A stretch of 64,000 nucleotides of DNA from an uncultured Acidimicrobiia bacterium (GCA_963836205.1 CAWIIV010000024.1:32001-96000), one strand, 5' to 3'. Shown: positions 10,005 through 25,179, counted from the first letter of the stretch. Notes: generated from the letters alone by a model not told the origin. Program-made: numbers and translations.

Positions 10005-11308
10005 GCGTCGATTGCCTCCAGGGCGTCGAAGATGGGGCCGGTGCCGGCCAGGGCCCGTTCGAGGCTGAACGCCTCGTCGAGCTGGGCTTTGGTCAGGTCG
10101 ACCCGGGGGTCGGACTCGAGGACCTTGCGGAACGGTTGGCGCTGGGTGTGGGCGGTGCGGGCGGTGTCCTGGACGGTGCGGTAGGCGTCGTCGCGGGTGA
10201 GGCCGGACGCCACCAGGGCGAGAAGGACGGGCTGGCTGAACACCAGTCCGTAGGACGCGTCGAGGTTCTCGATCATCCGGTCGGCGTTGACGCTGAGGCC
10301 GTCGATCACCCTCGCCATGCGCACGAGGAGGTAGTGGGCGAGGAGGGACGAGTCGGGGAGGATGACCCGCTCCACGCTGGAGTGGGAGATGTCACGTTCG
10401 TGCCACAGGGCGACGTCCTCCAGGCCCGCGCCCAGGTTCCCCCGGAGGACGCGGGCCAGACCGGCCAGGCGCTCGCAGGTGATGGGGTTGCGCTTGTGGG
10501 GCATGGCCGAGCTGCCCTTCTGCCCGGCCCGGAAGGGCTCGGCCGCCTCGCCCACCTCGGTGCGCTGGAGGTGGCGGATCTCGGTGGCCATCATCTCGAT
10601 CGACGCCCCGACCGCGGCGCACGCGTAGAGGTACTCGGCGTGGCGGTCGCGGGGGACGACCTGGGTGGCGGGGACGGGCGTGAGGCCGAGGGCGGCGCAG
10701 ACCTGGGCCTCCACCCGGGGGTCGATGTTGGAGTAGGTGCCGACCGCGCCGGAGAGCTTGCCCACCGCGATGGCGTGGCGGGCTCGCCGGAGGCGGTCGC
10801 GGTCGCGGTCGGCCTGGAGGGCCCAATGGGCGAGCTTGACGCCGAAGGTGGTGGGCTCGGCGTGCATCCCGTGGGTACGTCCGGCCATGGGGGTGTGGCG
10901 GAACTCCTCGGCCCTCGTCTTGAGAACGGCGATGAGCGTGGTCGAGGCCTGGACGAGGAGGTCGGCGGCCTGGGTGAGGGTGGCGCAGAGTGCGGTGTCG
11001 ACCACGTCGCTCGACGTGAGGCCGTAGTGGACCCAATTGCCGGCGGGGGGGCCGATCGCGTCCTGGACGACGTCGACGAAGGCGGCCAGGTCGTGGTCGG
11101 TGACGGCCTCCCGCTCGTCGACCGCATGGACGAAGGCGTGGTCGACGTGGGGGGCGCGCTCGCGGACGGCCTTGGCGTCGTCCTCGGGGACCACGCCGAT
11201 GGTGGCCCACGCCTCGGTGGCCAGGATCTCGACGTCGAGCCACAGGCCGAAGCGGGCCTCGTCGGAGAAGAGGGCCGCCATCTCGGGGAGGGAGTAGCGG
11301 GGGATCAT
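10001..11308 (-). CDS. purB: adenylosuccinate lyase
   Basis: [35 protein letters not shown]. Confidence 0.97.
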   Translation of the reverse strand: MIPRYSLPEMAALFSDEARFGLWLDVEILATEAWATIGVVPEDDAKAVRERAPHVDHAFVHAVDEREAVTDHDLAAFVDVVQDAIGPPAGNWVHYGLTSSDVVDTALCATLTQAADLLVQASTTLIAVLKTRAEEFRHTPMAGRTHGMHAEPTTFGVKLAHWALQADRDRDRLRRARHAIAVGKLSGAVGTYSNIDPRVEAQVCAALGLTPVPATQVVPRDRHAEYLYACAAVGASIEMMATEIRHLQRTEVGEAAEPFRAGQKGSSAMPHKRNPITCERLAGLARVLRGNLGAGLEDVALWHERDISHSSVERVILPDSSLLAHYLLVRMARVIDGLSVNADRMIENLDASYGLVFSQPVLLALVASGLTRDDAYRTVQDTARTAHTQRQPFRKVLESDPRVDLTKAQLDEAFSLERALAGTGPIFDALEAIDA

Positions 11309-11769
11309 CGGTCGGGCCGGCGCCGGGCGTCGAGCTGGCGGGCGAGGTCGGCGTCGGTGATGGCGAGCATCTGGACGACGAGGAGGGCGGCGTTCATGGC
11401 CCCGTCGATGGCCACGGTGGCTACGGGGACGCCCCGGGGCATCTGGACGGTCGCGTACAGGGCGTCGACCCCGTTGAGGGCGCCGCCGCTGAGGGGGACG
11501 CCCACCACGGGGAGGGTGGTGTTGGCCGCCACCGCGCCGGCCAGGTGGGCCGCCATCCCCGCCCCGCAGATGAAGGCGACGTACCCCGCGTCCCGGGCGC
11601 CGCGGGCGAGGGCGGCGACGTCGTCGGGCGTGCGATGGGCCGAGAGGACCCTCTCGTCGACCTCGATGCCGAACTCGGCCAAGGTCGCGGCCGCCGGCGC
11701 CATCTTCCCCTTGTCCGACTCCGACCCCATCAGCACCGCGACCTTCACCGGCCGTCCCCCTTGTCGCAT
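11305..11769 (-). CDS. purE: N5-CAIR mutase
   Basis: [33 protein letters not shown]; likely GTG start at 11748. Confidence 0.95.
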   Translation of the reverse strand: MRQGGRPVKVAVLMGSESDKGKMAPAAATLAEFGIEVDERVLSAHRTPDDVAALARGARDAGYVAFICGAGMAAHLAGAVAANTTLPVVGVPLSGGALNGVDALYATVQMPRGVPVATVAIDGAMNAALLVVQMLAITDADLARQLDARRRPDR

Positions 11770-11850
11770 CGCCCTGTCGATCGATCACGCGTGGTTCCTG
11801 GGAGGCCCCATCTGGGCCACGTTGTCCGAGTCGCCACCGCCGCCTCCCCC

Positions 11851-12196
11851 GACCGATCGCCACGAGTGCCCCGTCCACGGGGGTGTTCGCGCCAATCGCT
11901 CCCGGTCGCCGGCACGCCCGCCGAGCGATCGCCACGAGTGCCCCGTCCACGGGGGTGTTCGCGCCAATCGCTCTGGGCTGGCCTCGCCGGCTCGCCGGGG
12001 GGGCGGATGCCACTCGGGGTCGCCTGGGGGACCCGCCCTTGGCACTTGGTCGGCTGCCCGGATTCGCCGGAGGAGCGGATGCCGTTTGGGGTCCCGCGGA
12101 GGGTCCACTGGTGCCACCTGCTCCCGACTCCCGGCGTCGGCGGGCGAGCGGATGCCACTTGTGGTCCCATCAGCGGACCACGACTGCCATTTGCTC
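11851..12196. repeat. array of five 51-bp imperfect hairpin repeats (two subfamilies)
   Basis: Units at 11851-11901 and 11923-11973 (nearly identical) and 12001-12051, 12073-12123, 12146-12196 (G.GCGGATGCC...TG.TC); spacers 21-27 bp. Confidence 0.85.
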
Positions 12197-13406
12197 GGGA
12201 CCGGCGGGAGATCGGGCGATGTCGGTGCGGAACTGCATGCCGGGCCAGGAGATCTCGGCCACAGCGGCGTAGGCTCGGTCGCGGGCGGCGGCGATGTCGG
12301 GGCCGATGCCGGTGACGGCCAGCACCCGGCCGCCGGCGGTGGAGAAGTCGGGGCCGACCCCGGCGCAGAAGATCTCGACGTCGGGCAGGGCCGAGGCCAC
12401 CTCGAACCCCTCGATCGGATCACCCGTACGGGGGGCCGTGGGGTAGCCCTCGGCGACCAGGACCACCGTGACGGCGGCGTTGTCGACGAAGGACGGCTCC
12501 GACTCCAGGCGGCCGGCGGCGGCTTCGGCCAGCAGGGTGGCGAGGTCGCAGTCGAGGCGGGGAAGGACCACCTGGGCCTCGGGATCGCCGAAGCGGACGT
12601 TGTACTCCAGCACCTTGAACCCGTCGGCGGTGAGCATCAGTCCCGCGTACAGCACGCCCCGGTAGTCGATGCCCCGGAGGTGGAGGGCGTTCAGCGTGGG
12701 TTCCACCGCCCGCTCCACGATCTCCTCGATCAGATCCTTCCCGACGCCCGGCACGGGGGAGAAGGCGCCCATCCCGCCCGTGTTCGGCCCGGTGTCGCCG
12801 TCGCCCAGGCGCTTGTGGTCCTGGGCCGGCGCCAGCGGCACCGCTCGCCGCCCGTCGCAGAGGCACAGCAGCGAGACCTCGGCACCGACCAGCCCCTCCT
12901 CGATCACCACCCGCCGACCGGCGGCCCCGAAGGCGGCGCCCGACAGCTTGGCGGCCACGTCGGCGATGGCATCCTCCAGCGACTCGGTGACGAGGACGCC
13001 CTTGCCCGCGGCCAGGCCGTCGGTCTTGACCACGTAGGGCGGCGCCAGCGAGCGGAGGAAGACGGCTGCGGCCGACACCTCGGAGAACACCCCGTGGCGG
13101 GCCGTCGGCACCCTGCGCGTCGGCCAGGATCGACTTCATCCACGCCTTGGAGCCCTCCAGGCGGGCGCCGCCGGCCCCCGGTCCGAACACCAGCCGGCCC
13201 GATGCCCGCAGCCGGTCGGCCAACCCGTCCACCAAGGGCACCTCGGGCCCGATCACGAAAAGGTCGGCGTCGATCTCCTCGGGGGGCGTCGCCACCGACC
13301 CGGGAATGCCCGGGTTGCCGGGCGTCACGACGACCGACGCCGTCCGTCCCAGCACCGACGCCAAGGCGTGCTCCCGCCCCCCCGCTCCGACAACGCAGAC
13401 CTTCAC
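12170..13406 (-). CDS. purD: phosphoribosylamine-glycine ligase (apparent +1 frameshift at ~13112)
   Basis: GAGGREHAL, GPEVPL, LEGSK in 12420..13406; KTDGLAAGKGV, QDHKR..GPNTGGMG, EYNVRFGDPE in 12170..13111. Confidence 0.93.
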
Positions 13407-13416
13407 CCGGAACCCG

Positions 13417-14832
<1,416 letters not shown>

Positions 14833-14923
14833 CTAGAGAAAATCCTTGCAGCGGTCCGAACAGTGTACCCCTGCTGCCGGATGGCGGTTCGTGCGATGCT
14901 CAAGAGTGATGGGCCGCATCCCT

Positions 14924-16360
14924 ATGGACGACGCCACCCTCGTGGCGAGGGCCGTTGGTGGCGACCGGGACGCGTTCGCCGCCATCTACGACCGCTACTC
15001 GGGGGCGGTGTTCGACCTGTGCACCGCCATCCTCCGCAACCACGACGAGGCGGCCGACGCCACCCTCGACAGCTTCCTGCGGGCGGCGCGGGAGCTGGTG
15101 AACCTCCAGGACCGGTCACGACTGCGGCTGTGGCTGCTGGCCGTCGCCCGCCACGAGGCCACGTCCCGGGCTGAGCGCCGGCGGGAGGAGGGCGTGCCCG
15201 ACTCCAACGGGGCGGCCGCCGACTGGGACCCGGCGGAGACACTGTCGGAAGGCGACCGGGCCGTCCTCCACCTCCACCTGCGCCACCAGCTGGAGGGTGA
15301 GGCGCTGGGCACGGTGGTCGGCGCCCGGCCGGCGGTGGCCCAGGCCAAGGCGGCCAAGCTGCGGGAGATGGCGGAGACGTCGGTTGGAGCCCGTTTGCTC
15401 ACCGGGGCCGACGGAGGCGCCGACCGGTCGCCGTGCAAGGAGTTGGCCGAGGTGCTCGACGGGTGGGACGGGCGGTTCACGCCCGCCATCGGCGTCCGGG
15501 TCAACCGCCACGCCCGGCGGTGCGAGACCTGTCAGGCGCGGCGGACGATGCTGCTGGAGCGGCTGCGGGCCATGGCCTCGCTGCCCTTCGCCGCCCCGCC
15601 GGCGTGGCTGCGGCCGGAGGTGCTGCTGCGCATGGAGCTGGCGGTGTCGTCGCGCATCCTGCCCGGCTGGGACGAGGACGGCTTCCCGCCGGGGGTGGCG
15701 GGGGCCGCGACCGCCGGGCACGTCGGGCGCAGCGGGCGCCCCGGGGTCAGCGGGAAGCGGACGGCACTGGTGGCGGCGGCGGTGCTCGTGCTGGCGGTGG
15801 CCGGGGTGTTCCTCGTCACCCGCGACTGGGGGGGTGGGTCGACGGTGAGCGCCTCGGGCGGGTCGACGTCGACCCGACCTCCGGTGACGACGACCCTTCC
15901 GACCGCCACCACCGCGGTCGCCGCGACCACGCCCACCACCCCGACCACGGCGGTGACCGCCACCACCTCGCCCCTCCCGTCGACCACGGTGGAGGCCGTG
16001 TCGCCACCGCCAACTCCCGCGCCCGGGCCGGTCCCGGTCGACCCCGACCGGGACCCGCCCGGGATCTCGTTCGGCGCCGACGCCGCCTCGGCCTACGTCT
16101 ACCCGTGCCCGTACAGCCGCACCGAGGTGACGGCCGACGTGAGCGACCGGTCGCCGGTGGTGTCGGTGGCCCTGCTCGTGCGCCGCCCGGACGGGGTGGA
16201 CGAGTCGATGGACATGCTCTTCGACGGGGCCCGGTGGCGGGCGTCCTTCGGCGACTTCGACACCGCCGGCCAGGCCTACTTCTGGGTGGAGGCGATCGAC
16301 GCCGAGGGCAACCGGTCCCAGGCCCCGTACCAGGTGCTCGACGTCGTCCCCTGCCCCTAG
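14924..16360 (+). CDS. ECF sigma factor fused to zinc-finger anti-sigma-like motif, TM helix, Thr/Pro linker and extracellular beta domain
   Basis: GDRDAFAAIYDRY, EAADATLDSFL sigma2; C...HARRCETC; TM LVAAAVLVLAVAGVFLV; Thr-rich stalk. Confidence 0.75.
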   Translation: MDDATLVARAVGGDRDAFAAIYDRYSGAVFDLCTAILRNHDEAADATLDSFLRAARELVNLQDRSRLRLWLLAVARHEATSRAERRREEGVPDSNGAAADWDPAETLSEGDRAVLHLHLRHQLEGEALGTVVGARPAVAQAKAAKLREMAETSVGARLLTGADGGADRSPCKELAEVLDGWDGRFTPAIGVRVNRHARRCETCQARRTMLLERLRAMASLPFAAPPAWLRPEVLLRMELAVSSRILPGWDEDGFPPGVAGAATAGHVGRSGRPGVSGKRTALVAAAVLVLAVAGVFLVTRDWGGGSTVSASGGSTSTRPPVTTTLPTATTAVAATTPTTPTTAVTATTSPLPSTTVEAVSPPPTPAPGPVPVDPDRDPPGISFGADAASAYVYPCPYSRTEVTADVSDRSPVVSVALLVRRPDGVDESMDMLFDGARWRASFGDFDTAGQAYFWVEAIDAEGNRSQAPYQVLDVVPCP

Positions 16361-16526
16361 ATACTGCTCAAGGCCCGTCCGGATCAGGCCGACATCTGGG
16401 GTGCGGCTTCCTCGCCTAGGCCGCTCAAAGGTGGGGCCGGGCAGTGCGCACCCCCTCCCGCCGGGGGGACGCCACCCGGCTCCACCTCTTTGACATCCGC
16501 CCCGACCGGCCTGCTAGGACGGGACT

Positions 16527-17171
16527 GTGCCCGACGTCCGCCCGCCCGGCTCGCCCGCCACCCGCCTCGCCCTCGTGCGCCACGGGCAGTCGACGTGGAA
16601 CGCCGTCGGCCGGTGGCAGGGCCAGGCCAACCCCCCGCTGTCGCCGCTCGGCGAGGAGCAGGCGGCGGAGGCGGCCGAGCAGTTGCGGGACACCGGCGTG
16701 ACCGGCGTGGTCACGTCCGACCTGGTCCGGGCCCGGCGAACGGGCGAGATCGTGGTCGACGCCCTCGGCCTGGGCCCGGTGACGGTCTGCCCCGACCTGG
16801 GGGAGTACGACGTGGGCGACTGGAGCGGTCTCACCAAGCCCGAGATCGAGAAGCGGTGGCCGGGGCAGCAGGCGGAGTGGTTCGGCGGCCGGCTGCCGAC
16901 GACGCCCGGGGGCGAAGGCCGGGTGCCGTTCGACCGGCGGGTGATGGGGGCGGTCTTGCGGGTGGCGGCCGAGGCCGACCCCGGTTCGGTGCTGGTCGTC
17001 GTCACCCACGGCGGCGTGATCCGGGCCCTGGAGCGGGCCGCGGGGGCGTCACCGGTGCCCATCGCCAACCTCTCCGGCCGCTGGTTCACGGTGGACGACG
17101 GGCGCCTGCAGGCGGGCGAGCCCCTGACCCTGGTCGGTACCGGCCACCGGACGGCCTCCCCATCGGCCTGA
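16527..17171 (+). CDS. histidine phosphatase family protein
   Basis: LVRHGQSTWN, TSDLVRARRT, VTHGGVIR. Confidence 0.9.
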   Translation: MPDVRPPGSPATRLALVRHGQSTWNAVGRWQGQANPPLSPLGEEQAAEAAEQLRDTGVTGVVTSDLVRARRTGEIVVDALGLGPVTVCPDLGEYDVGDWSGLTKPEIEKRWPGQQAEWFGGRLPTTPGGEGRVPFDRRVMGAVLRVAAEADPGSVLVVVTHGGVIRALERAAGASPVPIANLSGRWFTVDDGRLQAGEPLTLVGTGHRTASPSA

Positions 17172-17183
17172 CCCCCGCCCCGC

Positions 17184-17300
17184 CGAACCGGTGACGTATT
17201 CGGTGGCCCCAGCCCCCAAAAGTGTCACCAGTTGGACGCGCCGATCGAACCGGTGACGTATTCGGTGGCCCCAGCCCCCAAAAGTGTCACCAGTTGGACG
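17184..17300. repeat. two identical 55-bp hairpin repeats between convergent genes (REP-like/terminator)
   Basis: CGAACCGGTGACGTATTCGG...AAAAGTGTCACCAGTTGGACG at 17184 and 17246. Confidence 0.85.
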
Positions 17301-17311
17301 GAGACGGCGGT

Positions 17312-17773
17312 TCAGTGGGCTTGTTCGACGAGGGCGGCCAGCTTGTCGAGCGATATGGTCCAGCCCAGTTCGTTGTCGGCCGGTGACACGCCCGGGGGCA
17401 GGTTCTCGTGGAGCCCGACGAGGTCGGTGCCGTTGCCGGACCCCGCGAGCGTGTAGGTGATGGTCATCTCGCCCTGCATGGCCGGGTCGTCCGTCTCGAA
17501 CTCGACCGTCTGGACGACCTCGCGGTCGGGAACGAGTCGCACGAACCGCCCGTGGAAGGAGTCGGTCTGCGGGGTCGACTTGCCGGCGGCGGTGGGCTGG
17601 TCGTAGGTCAAGGAGATCCGGAACATGCCCCCCTCACGGCCCTCGAACGAGTGGACGCGGCTCGTCATGTGGTCGGGCACCATCCATTGCCGCACCGAGT
17701 CGGGGTCGAGGAGGGCCCGGTAGACGCGGGCGGGGGGAGCGTCGATGTGGCGGGAGACACGGGTCACGCTCAC
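17312..17773 (-). CDS. SRPBCC/AHSA1-like domain protein
   Basis: HIDAPPARVYRALLDP, GRFVRLVPD, DNELGW..SLDKLAAL. Confidence 0.88.
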   Translation of the reverse strand: MSVTRVSRHIDAPPARVYRALLDPDSVRQWMVPDHMTSRVHSFEGREGGMFRISLTYDQPTAAGKSTPQTDSFHGRFVRLVPDREVVQTVEFETDDPAMQGEMTITYTLAGSGNGTDLVGLHENLPPGVSPADNELGWTISLDKLAALVEQAH

Positions 17774-18080
17774 GGACCGAGACTCTAGAAGCGGCGGGCA
17801 CCTGTCGGAATGGTTTCCTTCGACGATCGCGGGGCAAGAAAACGGCGCACGGGAGCCGCAGTCGGAAGGAGCGAACGTGGGCAGGAACGAGACCGCCGCC
17901 GCCGTCGTCGCCCGAAATGGGGACGCACGGGGCCGGGACTGAACGCCGATGCCGGCTGAGCAGGGTCGACGCCCGGAGGCGCCCTCGTCAGCGGAGACCC
18001 CGAACACCCCCGAGATCTGGGTCGACTGGCAGCTGTGCCCGTCACCCCCGACCGAGCGCCCCGGAGGTCGCGCCTGACGC

Positions 18081-18809
18081 ATGGCGGGCCCCGATCCGGA
18101 GGACGACGTCGCGTGGCCGGCCACGTGTCAGCAGTGGCGGACGATGAGCTTCTTCCACTGGCCGTTCGACATCGAGCACGTTCGGCCTCTCGTCCCGCCC
18201 GATTTCGAGCTCGACACCTGGGACGGGGCGGCGTGGGTGAGCCTCACCGCCTTCCGGATGGTGGACGTCCGCCTCGGCTCCCTACCGCCTGCGGGCCGGT
18301 TGTCGACGTTCCCCGAGACCAATGTGCGCACCTATGCCCGCGGCCCCGACGGGCGGGACGGCCTGTGGTTCCTGACCCTCGAGGCCGCCAGCCTGCCCTT
18401 GGTGGTGGCCGCATCGACCCTGTACGGCGTTCCCTACCGGTGGGCGGACATGTCGGTGGAGAGCACGACCGTCGACGGCGACGAGACCATCCGTTACCGC
18501 AGCCGCCGGCGGGGCGATCCTGGTGTCGGCCACGACATCGTCGTCCGACCCGGCCGGCCGTGCCCGTCGCCGACGGCCCTCGACCACTGGCTCACCGGCA
18601 GGTGGCGGGGGTACTCCACGGTGGCCGGGCGGCGGGTGTCGACGTCGGTGCACCACGAGCCCTGGCCCCTGTGGGACGCCGAGGTCGTCCGCCTGGAGGA
18701 GTCCCTGCTGGCCGACGCCGGGCTGCCCCCGCCGGGATCACCGCCCCGGGTGCAGTACTCGCCGGGCGTCCACGCCCGGCTGAGTCCGCCCCGGTCGGTC
18801 GGTCGCTAG
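18081..18809 (+). CDS. YqjF/DUF2071 family protein
   Basis: QQWRTMSFFHW, ELDTWDGAAWVSL, FPETNVRTY, HEPWPL. Confidence 0.85.
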   Translation: MAGPDPEDDVAWPATCQQWRTMSFFHWPFDIEHVRPLVPPDFELDTWDGAAWVSLTAFRMVDVRLGSLPPAGRLSTFPETNVRTYARGPDGRDGLWFLTLEAASLPLVVAASTLYGVPYRWADMSVESTTVDGDETIRYRSRRRGDPGVGHDIVVRPGRPCPSPTALDHWLTGRWRGYSTVAGRRVSTSVHHEPWPLWDAEVVRLEESLLADAGLPPPGSPPRVQYSPGVHARLSPPRSVGR

Positions 18810-18824
18810 CCCCCGCCTGGAGCC

Positions 18825-19148
18825 CTACTTCTGGCGGATGATCGTGGGCGTGTGGTCGGCCTGCTCCATGCCCTCGCGGAGGTTCTTCAGCTCGCCCAGG
18901 GCTTCCTCGAGGGCTGAGATGTCGACCTCGGTGAGGGGGGCATCGCTGGAGCCGATCTGTGGCCCGCCCGGTCCGTAGCCCTTCTGGCCCGGTCCCGACT
19001 TCTGGTTGCGGGGGTCGGGAATGCCCTCGGCGCCGGTGGCGTCGCCACTCCCTGCGGGCAGGCGGCCGGACGTCGGCCCGGCCAACACCTCAGGACGCGT
19101 CGCTGGCTCGTCGGTCCCTGGTGCATCGGTCCCTTGCTCGTCGGTCAT
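18825..19148 (-). CDS. hypothetical protein
   Basis: GAGGAGG SD before ATG 19148; disordered N-terminus plus short helical C-terminus. Confidence 0.5.
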   Translation of the reverse strand: MTDEQGTDAPGTDEPATRPEVLAGPTSGRLPAGSGDATGAEGIPDPRNQKSGPGQKGYGPGGPQIGSSDAPLTEVDISALEEALGELKNLREGMEQADHTPTIIRQK

Positions 19149-19284
19149 CGACAGTTCCTCCTCGGCAAAACTTGACCCGTCAACTATGGCCTGTTTGCAA
19201 CCTCTAACGGAACCAGCATCCCCGCCGAGCAGTTGAAGCATGTCCGGGTCGGAGAATCGGGCCGGCTCGCACCCCCGCGGGTTG

Positions 19285-21780
<2,496 letters not shown>

Positions 21781-21805
21781 GGGGCCTACCTCACGGGGAA
21801 GGAAA

Positions 21806-21826
21806 CTTGAGTGTACCCGTATCAAC
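21806..21826. promoter_or_regulatory. HAIR (HspR operator) upstream of clpB
   Basis: CTTGAGT-N7-TATCAAC vs consensus CTTGAGT-N7-ACTCAAG. Confidence 0.8.
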
Positions 21827-21867
21827 CCTGAGGGGAGGCCCGGGGATTCCCGGTTTCCGGCCCGAAA

Positions 21868-24800
21868 TCAGCCGCCGAGGGTGCCGGTCCCCCCGCTCCC
21901 CGGGTTGCCGCCGCCGCCGCCGCCGCCGCCGCTCCCGCCCGCGCCACCGCCACCGCCCCCGCCCCCGCCCCCGCCCCCGCCCCCGCCGCCCCCGCCGCCG
22001 GACGGTCCGCCCGAGCCCCCGCCCGGCTTCGGCCGCCGCTTGCCGCCCCGCTTCGACCTCGGCTTGCGGGTGCCCGACCCCGACCCGGCCTTCGACCCCG
22101 ACCCGGCCTGGCCCGCTCCCGGTGCGGGACGGGTGACGTCGTCGTCGCCTTCGTCGTCGTCGTCCTGGTCCTCGTCATCGCGGCCGGCGCCGACGTCGCC
22201 ACCCCCGGCGTCGATGAGGTTGCCGTAGTGGGCCGCGTTGGCAGCCTGGGTGGCCGCGGGCGACAGGTCGAGCAGCTCGGTGAGCAAGACATTGTCGTCC
22301 GGGCCACCGGCGGCCGGCGTCACCGGGGGCGGTGGGGTCGGGGCCGGGGAGGGCATGGGGTCGACCAGGTCGGCCCACCGGTCGGGGGTGGGCGGTGCCG
22401 GAGTGGTCGGCGGCGGCTCGCTGTCGGGACCGACCATCACGTCCCGGTCCTCCAGCGCCCAGTCGGCGTCGTCGACTGCGCCCGGCCGCCGGGAAGGGGG
22501 AAGGTCCTCGGGGAACAGGTCCCAGAACGACAGCTCCTCCAGGGGGACACGAGGTGCCGGGCGGAGCGGGGGCGCGGCGGGCACCTGGGCCGCCCAGCCC
22601 TCCTCCCCCAGCAGGTCGGGGACGGCGACCTCGGAGCGAGAGTCCGCCGGCGCCTGCGCCGACCGGTCGCCGTCGATGACGCCGGCGAAGGCGGTGTCGT
22701 CGCCGTCGTCCTCCTCGATGACGCGGACGCCTCCCCCCCAGGTCTGCACCGGTGGCGGGGGGACCAGGGGCGCAGGTTGTTCCGGCCCCCATTGGTCGGA
22801 CTCGGCGTTGGCCTTGCGCCGCAGGTAGGCGGTCTGGAGGACTGCGACGAGGAAGAGGGCGGCGGTGGTGGCCACCAGCAGCCGCACCCGCTTGTCGTGG
22901 GTGCCCGACTCGGCGGGGACGGTGGTGACGGCGCCTCCGGTGCCGATCGACGTGGCCGGCGACGCGTCGTCGGCGGCCGAGACGCGGGTGACGAAGCCGT
23001 CGGCGGTGGCGCCCGCCCGGGCCGCCTGGAGCGGCTTGGCCGTCGGGAAGTCGGCCGAGCTGGTGGTGCCGACCACCACTGGCGTGGCCGCCCCCGGCCC
23101 CACGGCGACGCCCGCGGCCTGGTCGTCCTCCCGCCCGCCGAGGTAGGTGGACGACACCAGGGTCGCCCCCGCCGGGGCCAGGGTGGACATGAAGGCGTCG
23201 GTGGCGCCTCCGCCCTTCACCCCCTGGAGGGGCTTGGCCGTCGGGAAGTTGGTCGACCCGGTGACGCCCACCACGGTGACGCCGCCCCCGCCGTCGACCA
23301 GGATGCCCGTGCCCGCGTCGGCACCGCCCCCGCCCAGGTAGGTGGAGAAGACGAGGTCGGACCCCGCCGGGTTCACCTTGGTGACGAAGGCGTCGGTGTC
23401 GCTGTCCTTGCGCTCCTGGAGGGCGCCCTTGATGGGGAAGTTGGGGGAGTTGGTGGTGCCGGTGACGTAGGCCGCGCCCTCGATGTCGACCGCGATCCCG
23501 GCGCCCTGGTCGGTGTCGCTGCCGCCCAGGAACGTGGAGTAGACGAGGTTGTTGCCTGCCGGTCCGAACTTCGACACGAAGGCGTCGGAGAAGCTCCCGG
23601 ACACCCCGCTGGCCGAGCCACCGGCGCCCGCCTGGAGGGGCCGGGCGGTGGGGAAGCCGGGCGACCGGGTGTCGCCGGTGACGTAGGCGTTGCCGGTGGC
23701 GTCGACGGCCACGTCGAGGCCGCGGTCGTCGTTGTCGCCCCCCAGGCGGGTGGAGAAGACGAAGGCGTTGCCCTCCACCGACAGCTTGGTGACGAAGGCG
23801 TCGACGTCGTCGACCCGGGGGGTGGTCTGCTGGAGCGGGTTGGCGGTGGGGAACTCCACCGAGTTGGTCGAGCCGGTGACGAACGCCTCGCCGGCCGCGT
23901 TCACCGCCACCGCCCGGGCGGCCTCGGTCTGCGTCCCCCCCACGAAGGTCGACCAGGCCAGGCCCGACCCGGCGGGGTTGAGCTTGGTGACGAAGGCGTC
24001 GCTGGGCCCGCCGCCGAAGTTCTCCTGGGCCACCCCCGCCGTTTTGGGGAAGTTGTCGGACTCGGTGACCCCGGTGACGTAGACGGTGCCGTCGGCGGCG
24101 ACCGCCACCCCTCCGGCCGCGTCCCGGTTGGTGCCGCCCAGGTAGGTGGCGTAGATGAGGGTCGTGCCCTCGGCGTTGAGCTTGGCCACGAAGGCGTCGG
24201 ACCGGCCCGCCGAGCCGTCGCCGTTGAGGGCGCTCTGGAAGGGGTTGGTGGCCCGGAAGTCGGCCGACTCGGTGGACCCGGCGATGTAGACGTTGCCCCC
24301 GCCGTCGACGTCGACCGAGGCCGCGTTGTCGATCCCGCTGCCGCCGAGGTAGCTCGACGTCACCAGGGTGGGGTCGATCACCAGCGGCCGGGAGCGGTCG
24401 TAGTCGCCCACGGTGAAGCCGACGTGGCCGCCGCCGAGGAGGCGGAAGGCGCCGTCCACCGACCGCCGGTCGCCGTCGACGTCCTGGAAGAGCACGGGGC
24501 GCGACAGGCGGGCGCCGCCCACGACGAGGTCGCCGGTCGGAGGGGTCGACGGTGGGCTCGGCCCCGAACTCGACGGCGATGGCGGACGGGTCGGCGCCGG
24601 GGGCGACCACGAAGTCGTGGCGCAGGCGGCGCTGGTCGCCGAGGAAGACGATGTCGACGCCCGGCCACACGTCGGCGTACGACACCCGGGCGAAGGTGGG
24701 GACGCCCGTCTGCCAGGCGGACGGAGTCGGCGCCCGTGAGGTAGTTGGTGCGGCCCGGGAGGGGATCGACGGTGGTGCCGACCGCGGCCGGGTTCGACCC

Positions 24801-25097
24801 CACCAGGCGGAGGCGGAGGATGTCGTCGGTCTCGGGCAGGGTGACGTCGGCTCCGGTGGCGGAGAGGGCGAGCCGGTAGCCGGGGCCGCGGGCCACGTAG
24901 TCGACCCCTGCCTCGGCCTGGCCCACGTTGGGCTCGAACCCGAGGGGAAGCGACGCCAGGGCGTCGAGAACGGCGGCCGCGGCGGGAGCCTCGGCCGGTT
25001 CGGAGGGTCGTGGCCCCGTGAGCCACCCGGGCACTCCCGCGGAAAGGACCAGGAGGACGAGTGACGCGACGAGGACGGCGGCGGGACGCCTGCGCAT
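21868..25097 (-). CDS. SBBP-repeat beta-propeller surface protein with TM helix and long acidic/Pro/Gly cytoplasmic tail (two apparent frameshifts ~24725 and ~24545)
   Basis: Signal peptide MRRRPAAVLV; LPLGFEPNVGQ, VSYADVWPGVD, YDRSRPLVIDP; repeated YSTYLGG/DAFVTKL; TM LLVATTAALFLVAVL. Confidence 0.85.
21907..21999. repeat. GCC/GCCCCC microsatellite encoding poly-Gly
   Basis: gccgccgccg...gcccccgcccccgccccc; GGGGGGGGG in the minus-strand ORF. Confidence 0.8.
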
Positions 25098-25179
25098 CCC
25101 TTCATCCTTGTTCATCGACGGAGTCGAGTGTAGGGGGGCCGTCCGAGCCGGTGTCACCGCGTCGCGCCGGGGCGGCGGC

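Noticed and set aside
11851-12196. CRISPR array
   Set aside because: Repeats are 51 bp, heterogeneous and longer than the spacers; no leader or cas genes
17940-17942. Selenocysteine readthrough at the in-frame TGA
   Set aside because: No redox motif context and no convincing SECIS recognised
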